Source: Callorhinchus milii
Taxonomy: Eukaryota
Reading direction: 5' to 3'
DNA length: 64,000 nucleotides
Assembly: GCF_018977255.1 (NCBI RefSeq)
Contig: NW_024704743.1
Coordinates: 94,924,001 to 94,988,000, forward strand
Both the position numbers and the translations under genes were made by a program. The notes beneath the pieces were generated by a model. That model did not search any database and was not told the origin of the DNA. It worked only from the letters and a program-made list of their open reading frames with translations. Shown here piece by piece: positions 11,994 through 24,232 of this stretch. Every line of letters begins with the position of its first letter. The stretch's first letter is position 1.

Positions 11994-13599
11994 GTACGTT
12001 TTAAAGGGGTTAGGGAGGGATAATGGGATTAAGACTGAAAAGAAAATAATTGGAACTGGATGCCTGGTATTAAAATTCAAGCACATTATGCTATAATTGA
12101 AATTTCATACATAGGGGTTATTACAGAAAAAGCTGCAAGAAAACTATCAGTGCTGTACAAATAATATTACTATTTCCCCTTTCAAATAATGCGACTACAA
12201 GCAGATATTCTTGTTATAATATATTACTTGTTTCCATTTCTTTTATCCCAAGGTTTAGCAAATCTTTTTGATTTTTCTTATTGCATATTTTAACTTAGGA
12301 AATAGGTTTGCCACTTACATTACAAAACGATCTTAAATGCTAACTTGTATAACTAGTGTATCTCCTATTTATGGTCACGGAGTACATAATCTGAAGGCAT
12401 TGCTCACCTTTCCATTTGTGCCACACAGATTATTCCACTAAACTGTAGATTTAAACTCTTGTAACTCGGTGTCACAAATAAGGCACAATTACTGTGATTT
12501 GGTTTCAGGCACAAATTTGTGCTTAATTCACAAACTACAGTTGTAATTCTTACTTGTTCTGAATCATTGTATGTTCATTTTTTTGGATTTTTGCAGCAGC
12601 ATATTTAAGGTAGCCTATATTTCTGAACCAGATAGAATTTTATTGTGATTATATTCATTACACAATGCATTTCATTCCATGCTCATTTTAGTGATTATGG
12701 GTGTCTCATTACAGAGAGGATAATGATGGCATATGTAATAGAGTATAGAGGTGTTTCTTCCATAACTAAATTTTAGAACTATTTTGAAACAAGGAAGGGG
12801 CAGTCTTTCGGGCCTAATAGCTTTCTGCCTTCCTAAAGTTTTTGTGTTATAATTAATGTGAATATCTGATTATAATGAGTATTTTGAAAAACAGTTTAAC
12901 ATAAACTTTATATAATATATCTATTTGTGTATATGGGATTGCAAAACTAACCATATTAAATATCAATATTATATAAGAAACAAGTAACAATTGGAAAAAT
13001 CTCTTCAAAACTGCATTGGCAGTCCCTATGATCACAGCACAGTAGACAGTTGGGTTGACTGGCCTGTGGTGCTGCTCGAATGTCCTTTGCATTGCCCATC
13101 TGTTCAATTCCGAGTTTAACCAGCAGGAGATCTTTGCAAGCATCTAGCTGCGCTTACAAAGGCTTTGCAGATCCCTCAAGCAACATCATCCAGAGTTTAA
13201 AAAAAAGTGTAGCATACATTTAGTAAGATATACATTTTTTGCAGAATTTGCCCTGCGTCACCCACATTTCAAGATTTAGTCTCAGTGACAGAAAAAAAGA
13301 TAAATATTTTAATGAACAGCAACAATTTGCATTTTTACAGCACCCTTCATGCAGGCAGGCTAGCATCTCGGAGCGCTGTTAGGTGACCTTCAATGAATTG
13401 TTGAAAGGGTCAAGTAACATAATATAATAATCTTTACATTTGTTAGAGTGCATATCACTTCATCAAGTTGTTTCATATAATAGGAGAGTTTTTAGTGAAC
13501 AAGGTATAACAAAATCCATTCTTTTGCTATAGTTCATCATGAAAGTAAAAGCAAATCAATAATATTGGAGGGCAGAATTAATACAAATTAATTTGGTCA

Positions 13600-14170
13600 G
13601 ATGGGGTTCTCCCACATGCAGAAACTCATCACCATGCTTAAGAGTATCCAAACCAAACAAAGGGTTCCATGCATCCCACCTATACGTGGAAATACCAGAG
13701 ATACTTTTTGGAATGGAACGCACACTCTCTCTCTGGAGGGACGCATTCTGGTTACCAGAAAGAATTAGGCACAGGTTGGCAAAAGCCACGATTTGTGGAT
13801 CCCAGAGTGTGCGTTGGGGGTACTGCTGGAGTCTAACCAGCTAAAACAGCATAGCTTGCCATTGAGAGTACTATCTGGCAAACATTCCAGCTGCTTGTCC
13901 AACTAGGACCACCCTACCCATTAGGGCTTTGGCTTACAGGGTTAACAGGAGCTGAGTGGGATGACTCCCTGGCCCCAGAGACTGGTCTGCGCTTCCAAGT
14001 CCTGCCAATGACCCAGGCTGGGCTGTGCTGTCATTAGCAGTGCCCTGGAAAGCTACAGACCCGCCTGGCTCAGGAACTGGACTACCAAGACCCCCACAGA
14101 GGACTGGCTCGATTCTGACATTCTGTTGCCAAACATGTCACCTTAGATCCACTTCATCTCCAAGGAGACC
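13600..14170. repeat. Unclassified old interspersed repeat (longest copy)
   Basis: Left part aligns by eye with 59958-60150; middle and right parts align with 56990-57345. Confidence 0.65.
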
Positions 14171-14767
14171 TTTAACTTACCTGCCTCCCAGAAAGGATAG
14201 TCACAATTACAAAGTAATTAAATCTAAATTTCCCCCAAAATACTATTTTTTAAAAAAAATTCCTGAAAGGAGAATTTCTCCATTTGACACGATAAAAGCA
14301 GTCTCTTGCAGTAATGCCATATCAGGTCTCCAGGAAAAAATAATGCCTCAGGTGTTATATCTGACACATCTTAGCAAGCAGCTACCTGTGAACTTCCCTT
14401 GTACTGGATGTTGGAGCTGGTATTTAAATACAGCTCAAACCCTCTATCAGCTGGTACTCAATAATAAGTACTTGATATTGAGTCATGTGTAGGATTTTTT
14501 GGGGGTAGGGAAGAGGATTCTCTTCAAATCTCCAGAATATAGAGTGATATTCGTAAACTGCAATTTTTGATGTCTTATTAACATTTGTTCAGTGAATTGT
14601 CTTTACAACATACCAATCCATGGAGTAGTCAGGTGCAGTTTGTCCTTTTGTTTCCTTCATACTAAGTTATTGTTTTGGGCTGGGTTCTCAGGTAGTGTTG
14701 TGAATAGATCCTAGGTTCTGCGCTACAAGCAGAGAGGTGGATTTAGGCAGTTGACTGGGCTGCTCTT

Positions 14768-14925
14768 AATAATAATGATCATTATTATTTGGTTATAGCG
14801 CCTATGACGTCATGAGGATGTCTCAAAGCGCTTCACAGGATTTACTGTAAATTGCAGTGATTGTGTAGTAAATTGCAGTGATTGTGTAGTTTTCCAGACA
14901 CACTCAGCACACAGCAATGTCGCAC
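14768..14925 (-). mobile_element. Old SINE tail with internal 21-bp tandem duplication
   Basis: tatagcgcctatgacgtcatgaggatgtctcaaagcgcttcacag; gtaaattgcagtgattgtgta occurs twice at 14847-14888. Confidence 0.75.
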
Positions 14926-15189
14926 ATTTCCTATCAGTGTGTGCATCAGACTGAGCTTGTGGGTGATCTCCTGTCAGCATCTTCAACAAGAAAATCAGGC
15001 CGAGGTTAATAAAAGAAAGGAAAAGCATTTTAGTTATTCTGTTTACTAAGCTAGTGCATATTGTTCTTGCAATTTGTGGTCTATTACTGGAACAATAAGT
15101 ATGCATAGAAGAATGGTATTCTCATAGTGACAAAAATATATTATAATTCCCAAAGATAGTTACAATTCCATAGCTATTTGCAGCCCTTT

Positions 15190-15430
15190 GGTATCCTTAC
15201 AAAACAACCTGAGCAATGCATTGTGAGTAGGCTATTTAACCTGAACTTCTCATTGCTCAGAGTCTATGCACACAAATTGCCAGCAAGGCCAGCTGGGTAG
15301 TGATAAGGAGCAAAAACCCTGGCCAGTTTTCTGCTCTCTGGCCCAGGGATGCGAAAGCCAGTTGTAATGCCCCATTGGCACACTGGCAGAGATTAGTCAG
15401 CAGCCTAAATCAGGGAAAGAACCCTAGCAC
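15190..15430 (-). mobile_element. Old SINE-like repeat, family B
   Basis: gataaggagcaaaaaccctggccagttttctgctctctggcccaggg is homologous to ~4866-4960. Confidence 0.55.
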
Positions 15431-17994
15431 ACAGCATGTTTGCCTACTACACCATCAGGGAAGCTCAGAATAGCAGTTTTTAAACTGCATACAGATAACA
15501 CCAACACGTTAATGAACAGGTTGAATCGCTGTTGCCTGATGTCATTAGCCCAATAACTTTGCAAGTTGTTAACCTTACGACTCAGACTCCTTGGGTTTGC
15601 TCCTGACTCCGAATTCCAGGCTAGCAAACATCCTGAAAAGACTGCTTTTCAAATATGTAAATCTGCATTGCTGTTTGGGTCAACATTGACATAAGAAACC
15701 TGTTGACTATCAAAACTTTATAAAACATTTTCCCTGCTAAAGGGCAGCTATCATAAAACACCTAGTGCATTGTTTTACCTTTTGGTAAAGTAACTTATTG
15801 CAGGATCACAACCAATGCAGCATTTTTTAGAAATTTGAACATAAAGAGCAAAGTTTGACTACTGGACCACATCACACTGCAGTAATACCAGCCTCACAGA
15901 ATAGTCATTCCCTAGGCTCATGTCACAGCTGCTGCTTCCAGTTCCAGCCTGTACTTTCCCACTCCCCAGTCTAAACACAAGCACCAGCTCAGTTGTCTTT
16001 CACTCCAGCGGCAATCAGAATTAAAAATTGTTAGTCATCTTGAAAGCAGAAATATTCTTTTGAAAAAAATTGAAATGGAATCAGTAACAAAAACTATTAT
16101 TAGTTCCTCTTTTAAAATATACATTTCTTTCCCTCTTTATATTCCTTTTACACCATCAACAGTGCCTGGCTGCAAAAACTGATTTGAGGTTCCTGTCAAT
16201 GCCACTGTGTAACCAGCCTCTAGGAGGTGAATAGAGTAGTCTGGGTGTCTCTCCCTTCATAAAATAACACAAGCGCCTACTCATGCCAGCCAAGATTTGC
16301 TATAGTGGCAGAAAACCATGCATCAGTGTATAGCGGTATGCAATATAAGGCAGGTTCATTTGTGAGAGTTTTTTTTAAAATCATTTTACGTCACCATCTA
16401 TTGTGATCTTTTGTAACTCACTGGTGGCACCTGATGAACCAGATTCCCTTTCTCAATGTCAAAAATGTGAGAACAATCTATGATAAAACAGCTCAACCAT
16501 ATCAAAATTGATTCTTTTTATTAAAAACCAAAACAAATTGCTGCCCAATCCAACCCTAATCTATCTAGATGTATTTTTTAACACTTTAAATTTGCTGGAT
16601 TGTCAGGAAATGATCTTAAAAAAGTGTATGAAATTTATCATTGGAAAGCACTCAGGTGATAACTGCAAATGCTGCATTTCCAGAATTAACTAAAAGCATA
16701 GAGTCACATTCCTTTGTTCAGCCTCCATGTGCTGCAGGCAGAAGTGGATGCATACACCTAGCACTGTATCAAACAGAGCAGTAGGAAGGGCAATGAAAGA
16801 TCAATGCAGAATTCTTCTTTCTCCTTTACATAAATTGTGATTTCCTTTTTTTTACAATTAAACAATAATCTTTGCAAATAAAATGCAAATAATTATGAAT
16901 ATAAAGTTACATTTCAGTGACTAAGCAAAGCTGAAAGTGGGTGCATGCTTGGCTCAATCCTTAAAGGGAATACTTCAGATAAGAAATTGCTTCTGCTTAA
17001 TGCACAGAAACCTTTTCTTTTATCTACTTATAGTAATTCATTTTTATCAATTCGCCTACCCGGTAAAATCAGACTAAATACATGAACTGGGTCACACAGT
17101 CTGAGGTAGACATACATCCTCTCAACTCACTAAGTTCAAATTTATCCTGATGCTTGGAACCCAAAATCATGTGGAGAATAAAGTTTCCATTTTTTGTTGG
17201 AGCTCATTGCTAAGTGATCAATAAAAGAAATCTATGGTTCTTTAATGAATCAAGATATTTGGACTTAACTCAATATTTTAGGGAAAACTATAGTGTAGAA
17301 AAAACAAAATAAATCCTCTGATAGGAAATGATGTGACACAGTTAATGGTAATACAGTCTAAAACGTAGCACTTGTAAGTTGGAAGTCCTTCACTAACTGA
17401 GACTTCCATTTTGTAACTGAAATGGCACAGTTTTCCTATCAAATTCAATTTCACATTGTGGTCACTGTGGTCATGGATTTCCTAGAGGGTAATTGTGAGG
17501 GAGCTACCAGTGCAGTTTTCAGGCTTTCTGAAAGCTTTACTGTATTAACCTGTCCGCTCAGGACAGCAAGCACATTAACACTGGTACTCCTGGCCAGTCT
17601 GATGATCAGGTAGTCAGGTAATCAGAAACTTGCCTCCAGAACTTTACTGCAGTGTTTTATTTTATAGACAGTGAATAAGTAAAAGAAATTCTGAAAGCTC
17701 TAATCTTAGTCATTCTTTACATCAATGCTCCCTCCCTGACCAATCTTTCAAATCCATGAGCTGATATAGCTTTAATATTTAAAAATATATATACTTTTAT
17801 AACCTTTGCCACCTTTACTGTTGATGATTTCATATGTTGATTATGATTTTATTATTATTGCTGATTTTGAGAGTCATTGATTAATTTCCATATTACATGT
17901 GTAAAAATATCACTCACTGTCACTGCCAACCATCACACTCCAATTAATCGGACCAATGTTATTACATCTTAAAGTTGATGAACAGATGCATCGA

Positions 17995-18165
17995 CAATAA
18001 TAGCAACTCACGTTTGTACAAAACCCTTTCACACTGGGTAGTGTCTTGGAGTGCTTAACAGTGGAGCTTGACTCCAAGCCAGGGAGATGGGAGAGGTGAC
18101 CATAGACATGTTTGAAGAGGAAAGTCTTCAGAAGTGATGAGATTTGGAATAATTGAGGTGGGAGG
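17995..18165 (-). mobile_element. Old L2 3' end
   Basis: Diverged reverse complement of the L2 tail and ORF2 end (tttgaagaggaaagtcttcagaagtg). Confidence 0.6.
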
Positions 18166-18504
18166 TGATCAATGTGTGGAGACACACATGAGTCCCTCAT
18201 ATACGGCTTTAAAAATATTGCTAACCAGGTCATTTGTACCAATAAAATAATATAGCATTGCATGAAACAATATAATAATATAGTTATACATGCAACAATA
18301 TAATAATAGAGCTAATATAGAGTCACTGCATTTTACAGTAAAGCATGTGAAGCGCTTTGAGATGTTGATTCTTTCAAACGCAGATTAGATAGTTTTCTTT
18401 TAGGAAATAACATTATGGGATATAGTACTTAGGTAGTTTGGGACATATGTGCATGCAACCACCGGGAAGGTGGAAGACAAACTCGATGGACCTTGGTCTT
18501 TTTT

Positions 18505-18858
18505 CATGTAGCATTTCTTATGACTGAAAAGGCAAACATGGCAGCTAATGTTCATTAGCAATGTCCCACAAACCGCCATGAAGTGAATAAACAATATTAA
18601 TTGGGGGTTGTTAGCCAGGAGAAAGGCCCTTTCTTTTTCCCTAGCACCGTAAGATCTTTAGCATCCACCTGAACAAGAAAACAGGACTTCAGTTTAATGT
18701 CTTATTTGAAAGATGGACCACACTACCAACATTGAGCACCCCCAGCACTGCACCAGAGTGTTAGTCTGGACTCTGAGTGTGCACTCAAAAGTCCTAATGT
18801 GGAGCTTGAATCCACAACCTTCTGACTCAGAGGCAGAGTGCTACAACCTGAGACAGGT
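18505..18858 (-). mobile_element. Deu-domain SINE (SacSINE1-like), old
   Basis: Reverse complement of a tRNA-like head (gcactctgcctctgagtcagaaggttgtggattcaag) and Deu-like core (caggtggatgctaaagatc); homologous to 50478-50870. Confidence 0.75.
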
Positions 18859-19809
18859 TGTCACACAGACAGCAACAAGTGCACTTAACTCATGAGAAAA
18901 ATGTTATGGTTCTCTCATACCTACATGCTTTTAAGTGATGGGTCTTCCTCACTCGTAGAATAAAAACAGCAATGCACCACCAGCAGTGCATTATGCTCTA
19001 CTTAAATTATTATTATTATTACTTAAATTCATAGTTGCTTTCACTGCCTGAAACTTACTGTTTTGCATCGCGCATTGTTTTTCAGGAATAATTTTAAATA
19101 TTCTCTCAGCCCAGTTGTGTTGTGTTACCTCCCATTTGTTTTCTCAGTTGTGCTAGTGCAGAGGTCTGTAACCAATTCTTTGGACCTTCAGTTGGTGTTG
19201 TTTGATTTCTTGCTGGGGTTGGAAATGACTGAAGATCCCAAGTGCTTTGTCTGTGATAGATTGTTTAAAAATGCAATTAAGTTTCTTGGATGGATGCCAC
19301 AAAGTGATATATAATGATGATTCAAAGCAAGGATGATAAAACAATGTGTAGTAGATGGTGTAAACAATGAAAATGCATCTGTGGTATACTATCTTAAAGC
19401 TTCATGATGGTAATTTTAACTAATGAAGATGAAGTTAACAATCCCACAGACTTTGTCTTTTTAGCTACCACCAGCCTGCCCCAAGAACAATCAGATCTCC
19501 TGTCACAACCTACACCAAACAGTTAGAAGGCTTTTACAGAGGTGATTTGATTGTTCATTTTATTTGCTATTCCAGTTCTGTTTTTACACTCATACCCTCT
19601 GCACTCTGGAATAGGAAATAAAATGTAATGAGAGTGCCATTAAATGAATGCTGATCTATTAAGTTACAGTTTGAGGTCTCAGTACCTCCCGTGGCCCCAG
19701 CATCTTCCCTGTGCATGGGCATATGGGAGGAAATAATCAACAGTTTTGAATTTATATTTATCTTGTTTGTTTATTATGCTTCTTGTCTTCACAGTTCAGC
19801 CACCTAGTC

Positions 19810-20312
19810 TAGTATTTGCATTCAATTGTTTTCTTCTCCACTTCTGCTAATGAACGTACACCCCTTCATTGTGGAAGGGCTTACTTTTCTTTTGTCAGTT
19901 TGTTTCATCATACAATTATCGACATTGAAATCCATTTGCCACTCCTTAACCCATTTATCTCCTTTTGGGCTACGTTTTCCTAATCCATATATTAACCTAC
20001 CTACCAACATCACTTGGTATCATCAACAGAATTTATTTCAGATTCCCATCTAATCCATTTATTAATATTGTGAACAACAGGAGTCCCAGAATATCTCTTG
20101 CAGAGCTCCATGATTCACTGATCCCCAGACAGCATTTTGTCATCTTCTTATTGTTGAGCTATTTTTCAATCTGCTGGCTAGTTTCCCATTAATTTTATGA
20201 GTTTTAACATTTTTTATATTAAATGCTTTCTTAAATATCCCTGGATACCCTTCATCCACTGTTTTCAAAGAATTCCAGTGAATTTGTGAGGCATGACCTA
20301 TTCCTTCTAAAT
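19810..20312 (-). mobile_element. Degenerate CR1 ORF2 fragment
   Basis: Minus translation KWVKEWQMDFNVDNC matches the CR1 RT C-terminal motif W..xWQMxFNxxKC. Confidence 0.75.
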
Positions 20313-20533
20313 CAGTGGTGACCAACCTTTATGTTCAGCCAACAAAATAAATTTTCGTGATTGAATAGTTCTTGATTTATGCAATAAGTCAAGAAATGAA
20401 ATCAAGAAAAACCTGGAAATGCATTGTTTAATTGAATGTGGATTTGCCTGGACTAGTGCAAATGTTTGATGGTGGGGGGCAGGGGGGTGCTTTTTGACAG
20501 CTTCAGGGGCCAGGAGTGGGCTGGCCACCACTG
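20313..20533. mobile_element. Non-autonomous hAT-type DNA transposon (MITE), 221 bp
   Basis: 15-bp TIRs cagtggtgaccaacc / ggctggccaccactg (2 mismatches) and perfect 8-bp TSD ttctaaat at 20305-20312 and 20534-20541. Confidence 0.88.
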
Positions 20534-20543
20534 TTCTAAATCC

Positions 20544-20605
20544 AAAATAAAAACAGAAGTTTCTGGGAACACTCAGCAGGTCAGGGAGCATCTATAGAGA
20601 GAGGT
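20544..20605. mobile_element. Penelope-like element terminal fragment
   Basis: aaaacagaagtttctgggaacactcagcaggtcagggagcatctatagagagag resembles the terminal repeat of shark Penelope-like elements (recalled, not searched). Confidence 0.55.
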
Positions 20606-21230
20606 TCACTGATACCTACATTTACAAGGTTTAGAACTCATTTGGATTAGAATTCATTTGGATTCCTCTTGCTGCTGACTTCTAAACTTCTGATACTCAT
20701 TCTTCTCTGCAAGTAGATGAGTAAGTTATTGAAGTACAGAGCATTTTCAAAGCATCTTTGCATATTCTTCATATCTCACTATTGTTTTACCTTAGTACTT
20801 CAAATCCTAAAACATCTTGCAAACTTCTTGTCAGGTCCTCCGCACCATTAAATCATCATTGACTGTGGGCTTGACTGGCCCTATGCTTATTACCTTGCAG
20901 CTAAGTTGAGGGGGTGCCCATGAGCACCCAAAAAGACAGTCCCGTTGGTCTGAAATTGCTTTTATCATAACCATATTAACAAAACAACTTTTGTTGTGCC
21001 ACAGTAAAATAGTGACTAGAGTAGGCAATTCGGTGCAACAAGCCTGTTCTGCCAGAATGTAAAGTCTATAAATTCAATAAACAGTGCCTGCTACTGCATT
21101 GTACTGACAAATAAATTGAAGTCTTTGAACCATAATGTACCAGATCACTGGCATTAACACTTATGTTATAGTGATAATAGAATTGGACCCAACATTGAAA
21201 TTGTGCCTGCATTTAAGTTGAGTGTGTTTC

Positions 21231-22418
21231 ACAAAGTCTTGCAGGAGGACATAGACAGACAGACTGGTAAAACGTGGCAGGTGAAGTTTAAGGCAGGGAA
21301 ATGTGAGGTGATGCATTTTGGGAGGAAGAATGAGGAATGGCAATAAACAATAAATGGTAGTTTTAAAGGGGGTACAGGAGCAAAGTGACCCTGGGGTTCA
21401 CAAACACAGATCTTTGAAGGTGGCAGGACAGGTGTTGATAGAGTTGTTAAAAAAACATATGGGAACCTTGGCTTTATAAATAGTGGCATAGAGTACAAAA
21501 GCAAGGAAGTTCTGCTAAGCCTTTATAAGTCACTGGTTGAGCCTCAGCTGGAGTATTTGGGGCACTACACTTAAGGAAGGATACCAAGGCCTTGGAGAGG
21601 CTGCAGAGGAGATTTACCAGAATGGTACCAGGGATTAGGAACTTTAGTTATGTAGAGAGACGAGAAAAACTGGAATTGTTCTTTTTGGAGCAGAGAAGTT
21701 TAAGGGGAGATTTAATAGAGATGTTCAAAATTATGAGGGGTTTTGATAGAGTAAATACAGAGAAACTGTTTCCATTGGCTGGTGGGTCGGTAACCAGGGT
21801 TCATAGATTCAAGATAATTGGCAAAAGAACCAGAGGGGAGATGAGCAGATTTTTTTTACACAAATAAAGTTGCTAGATCTGGAATGCATTGCCTGAAAGG
21901 ATGGTGGAAATAGATTCAATAACAACGTGGAGTCCTGTAGCTCAGTGGTTAGAGCACTCGCTTTGCAAGCGAGAGACCTGAGTTCAATTCCAGGCAGGGT
22001 GAAACCTTGGGCAAGTTTCCTTACTCCACACAAAGCCTAATAATAATCCCTCCAAAACCAAAAACAATAATAAATTGGTCATTTTCAATCCACGACTGTT
22101 TGTGGGACATTGCTGTGCGCAATTGGCTGCCGCGTTCGCCCACAAATATACAGCCAATTCACTTTATAGTGTGTTCTGTGAAGCGCTTTGGGACGTCCTC
22201 CCGACGTGAAAAGCGCTATATCAAATGCAAGGATTATTATTATTATTATTAACTTTCAAAAAGGAATTGGATAGTACTTGAAGAGGAACAATTTGCCAGG
22301 ATATGGGGAAAGAGCGGGCGAGTGGGACTGATTGGGTAGCTCTTCCAAAGAGCCGGTACAGGCACAATGGGCCGAATGGCCTCCTTCTGTGCTGTCATAT
22401 TCTATGAGTCTATGATTC
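21231..22418 (+). mobile_element. CR1 3' portion (ORF2 C-terminus and 3' UTR), split by a SINE at 21927-22250
   Basis: LERLQRRFTRMVPG...LRGDLIEMFKIMRG; sequence resumes at 22251 and ends in CR1-type ttctatga repeats. Confidence 0.93.
21927..22250 (+). mobile_element. Full-length young tRNA-Ala SINE (family A)
   Basis: Intact A/B boxes, TGC anticodon loop, tail hairpin, (TTA)n; aac on both flanks. Confidence 0.96.
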
Positions 22419-24134
22419 AATAGAAGCTGTTGTAATCCACTTTTATTCTGGTGCATCTTATCTTGCACCTACTGTGGTTATCTCCCACTTAGTGGTATTG
22501 AGATGTTCCAGGAAAATATTGCCATACCACATATCATTGTAAGCAAATAGAAATAACTGTGTGTGACCACAGGATTGAATTAGGCAGACTCCCACCTTAG
22601 CACCTTTGGACTACCACTGACATAAATTGAAAGAATAATGATGCAGCAGGAAATCCCTGCTATAAAATAGAAGGGAACTCCAAAACCCAGGTGAAAAAGT
22701 TTCCTTCATGGCATAGTATTGTACATTATGGTTTATAGATGGACTACTGGATACACTTAACTATGTATGCTCTGCATTTTTTCTATTGTAAAGAAACCAG
22801 GTTAAATATGCAACAGTTGCAATATGTTGGTGGTGCAACTCTCTATGTGATGGTCCAAGACTTTTTCTGACAGACACTAGTTTAATAGCACAGTTCAATC
22901 TACAGTAGATGTGAAAAAAACGAAACCAATGAACCATACCTTTTGTTCCAGCAGGCAATCTTTATTTATTATCAATATGGTTATATTTACTACTCTTTCA
23001 TGTTTTGCTGAATAGTACAATTGTTTCTAAAGCACAAAAATATTTATAAATCAATTTAAATGTTTTGTACTTTTTTATTTCTCATTAGAATTTATTGGTG
23101 TGTAAAATCAATAATTTAGTCCTTCAATTGCCAAGACTGACTTGGCACGAGAGTCAGAAAATATAATGCTATATTCCCTTTTTATTTCACATCTAATATT
23201 GCTGACTATGAAGAACTAATGTTTAAGTGCATACAAAGACTTTGCTTTGTATTCACTTACTGCGAGTTAATTTGAGACATTTCATAACAGATTCAATGGG
23301 ATAATTTTCATATCAAATCTATTGTGAAATGTGTATATTTTCCCACATTTAGCCAGTGTTTACAATTCAGCGGTAATGGCAATGATAAAGCATTTTAGTG
23401 GACCTTAAGCAAAATATCTTTATAATCTGTTTAAAGCCCATTCTTCTTGTTGGAAACAAAACAATATACTACTTTTGGAAGTCTATTGGTGTAACAATTA
23501 TGTTTGTACAATTGTGCTGTTGAAGGTATCTGCTCAGGTAGTCGGGGTGGGGGGGGATGGGGACATCACAACTTGGATGATTGATCTTCTGATAAAATAA
23601 TTATTCATATGGTCTATTCTGTAAAACATTTCCAAAACCATTTTTCTACTAATTTGACAAACAAGTAACTTGACCATACATCCACCTGGAGATCTGCTTG
23701 TATCTTGCAAGTGAAGAGGATACCTGGGTTTGGGAATAGGAAAGTAAACCACCAACTGAGGTCTGTGTTTATTTTGTGTAAACCACTATTTCTTCCTGTA
23801 TCCACCTATTTGTGCTACCTGTCTTTTAGATGTAGGAGATATATTTCTTAAACATTTTCTTGTGAAACAATTGGCAATTGAGTAGCCCTTACTGCTATAA
23901 ATTCCAGGCATTATTTGTTGTCCATTGTAATGTTGTTGCCCAGTGGGAAGCATAATCCATCAATCTTACCTCACCATTTTACTCTGCTTTTGTTAGGAAA
24001 TATAAATAATTATAATTCACCATATAAATTTATCTAGAGTATAACTTTACTATGCTTTTGGTTTGATATAAAAATAACATATATGCAGACTCATCAATCA
24101 ATTCTAAAATCTTTGCATTAAGGTTGTTTCTTAC

Positions 24135-24232
24135 ACGGAAATGGGTCTTAATAGAAAGCTCTTTCAAGGAGCAGACAATGGCAGGGTGGGGGTGCATGGT
24201 CACCTTTTGTGCTGTAAAATTGTATGATTGTT
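24135..24232 (+). mobile_element. Old CR1 3' tail
   Basis: agctctttcaaggagcagacaatgg...ccttttgtgctgtaaaattgtatgatt parallels ~22335-22418. Confidence 0.6.

Noticed and set aside
14025..14492. 155-aa ORF
   Set aside because: Starts in the unclassified repeat, has no splice signals or recognisable domain; likely chance.
17323..17407. C/D-box snoRNA candidate (ggaa-ATGATGT...CTGA-gac-ttcc)
   Set aside because: Imperfect C box, offset terminal stem and no rRNA-complementary guide that I can recognise.
21927..22000. tRNA-Ala(TGC) gene (also at ~4380-4455, 52907 and 60166)
   Set aside because: The tRNA-like sequence lacks a proper acceptor stem and continues into a SINE body and L2-type tail; it is a SINE head.
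22007..22252. Recurrent small ORF family ending YIKCKDYYY (also 679, 4084, 52987)
   Set aside because: Translation of the same SINE sequence, not a peptide gene family.
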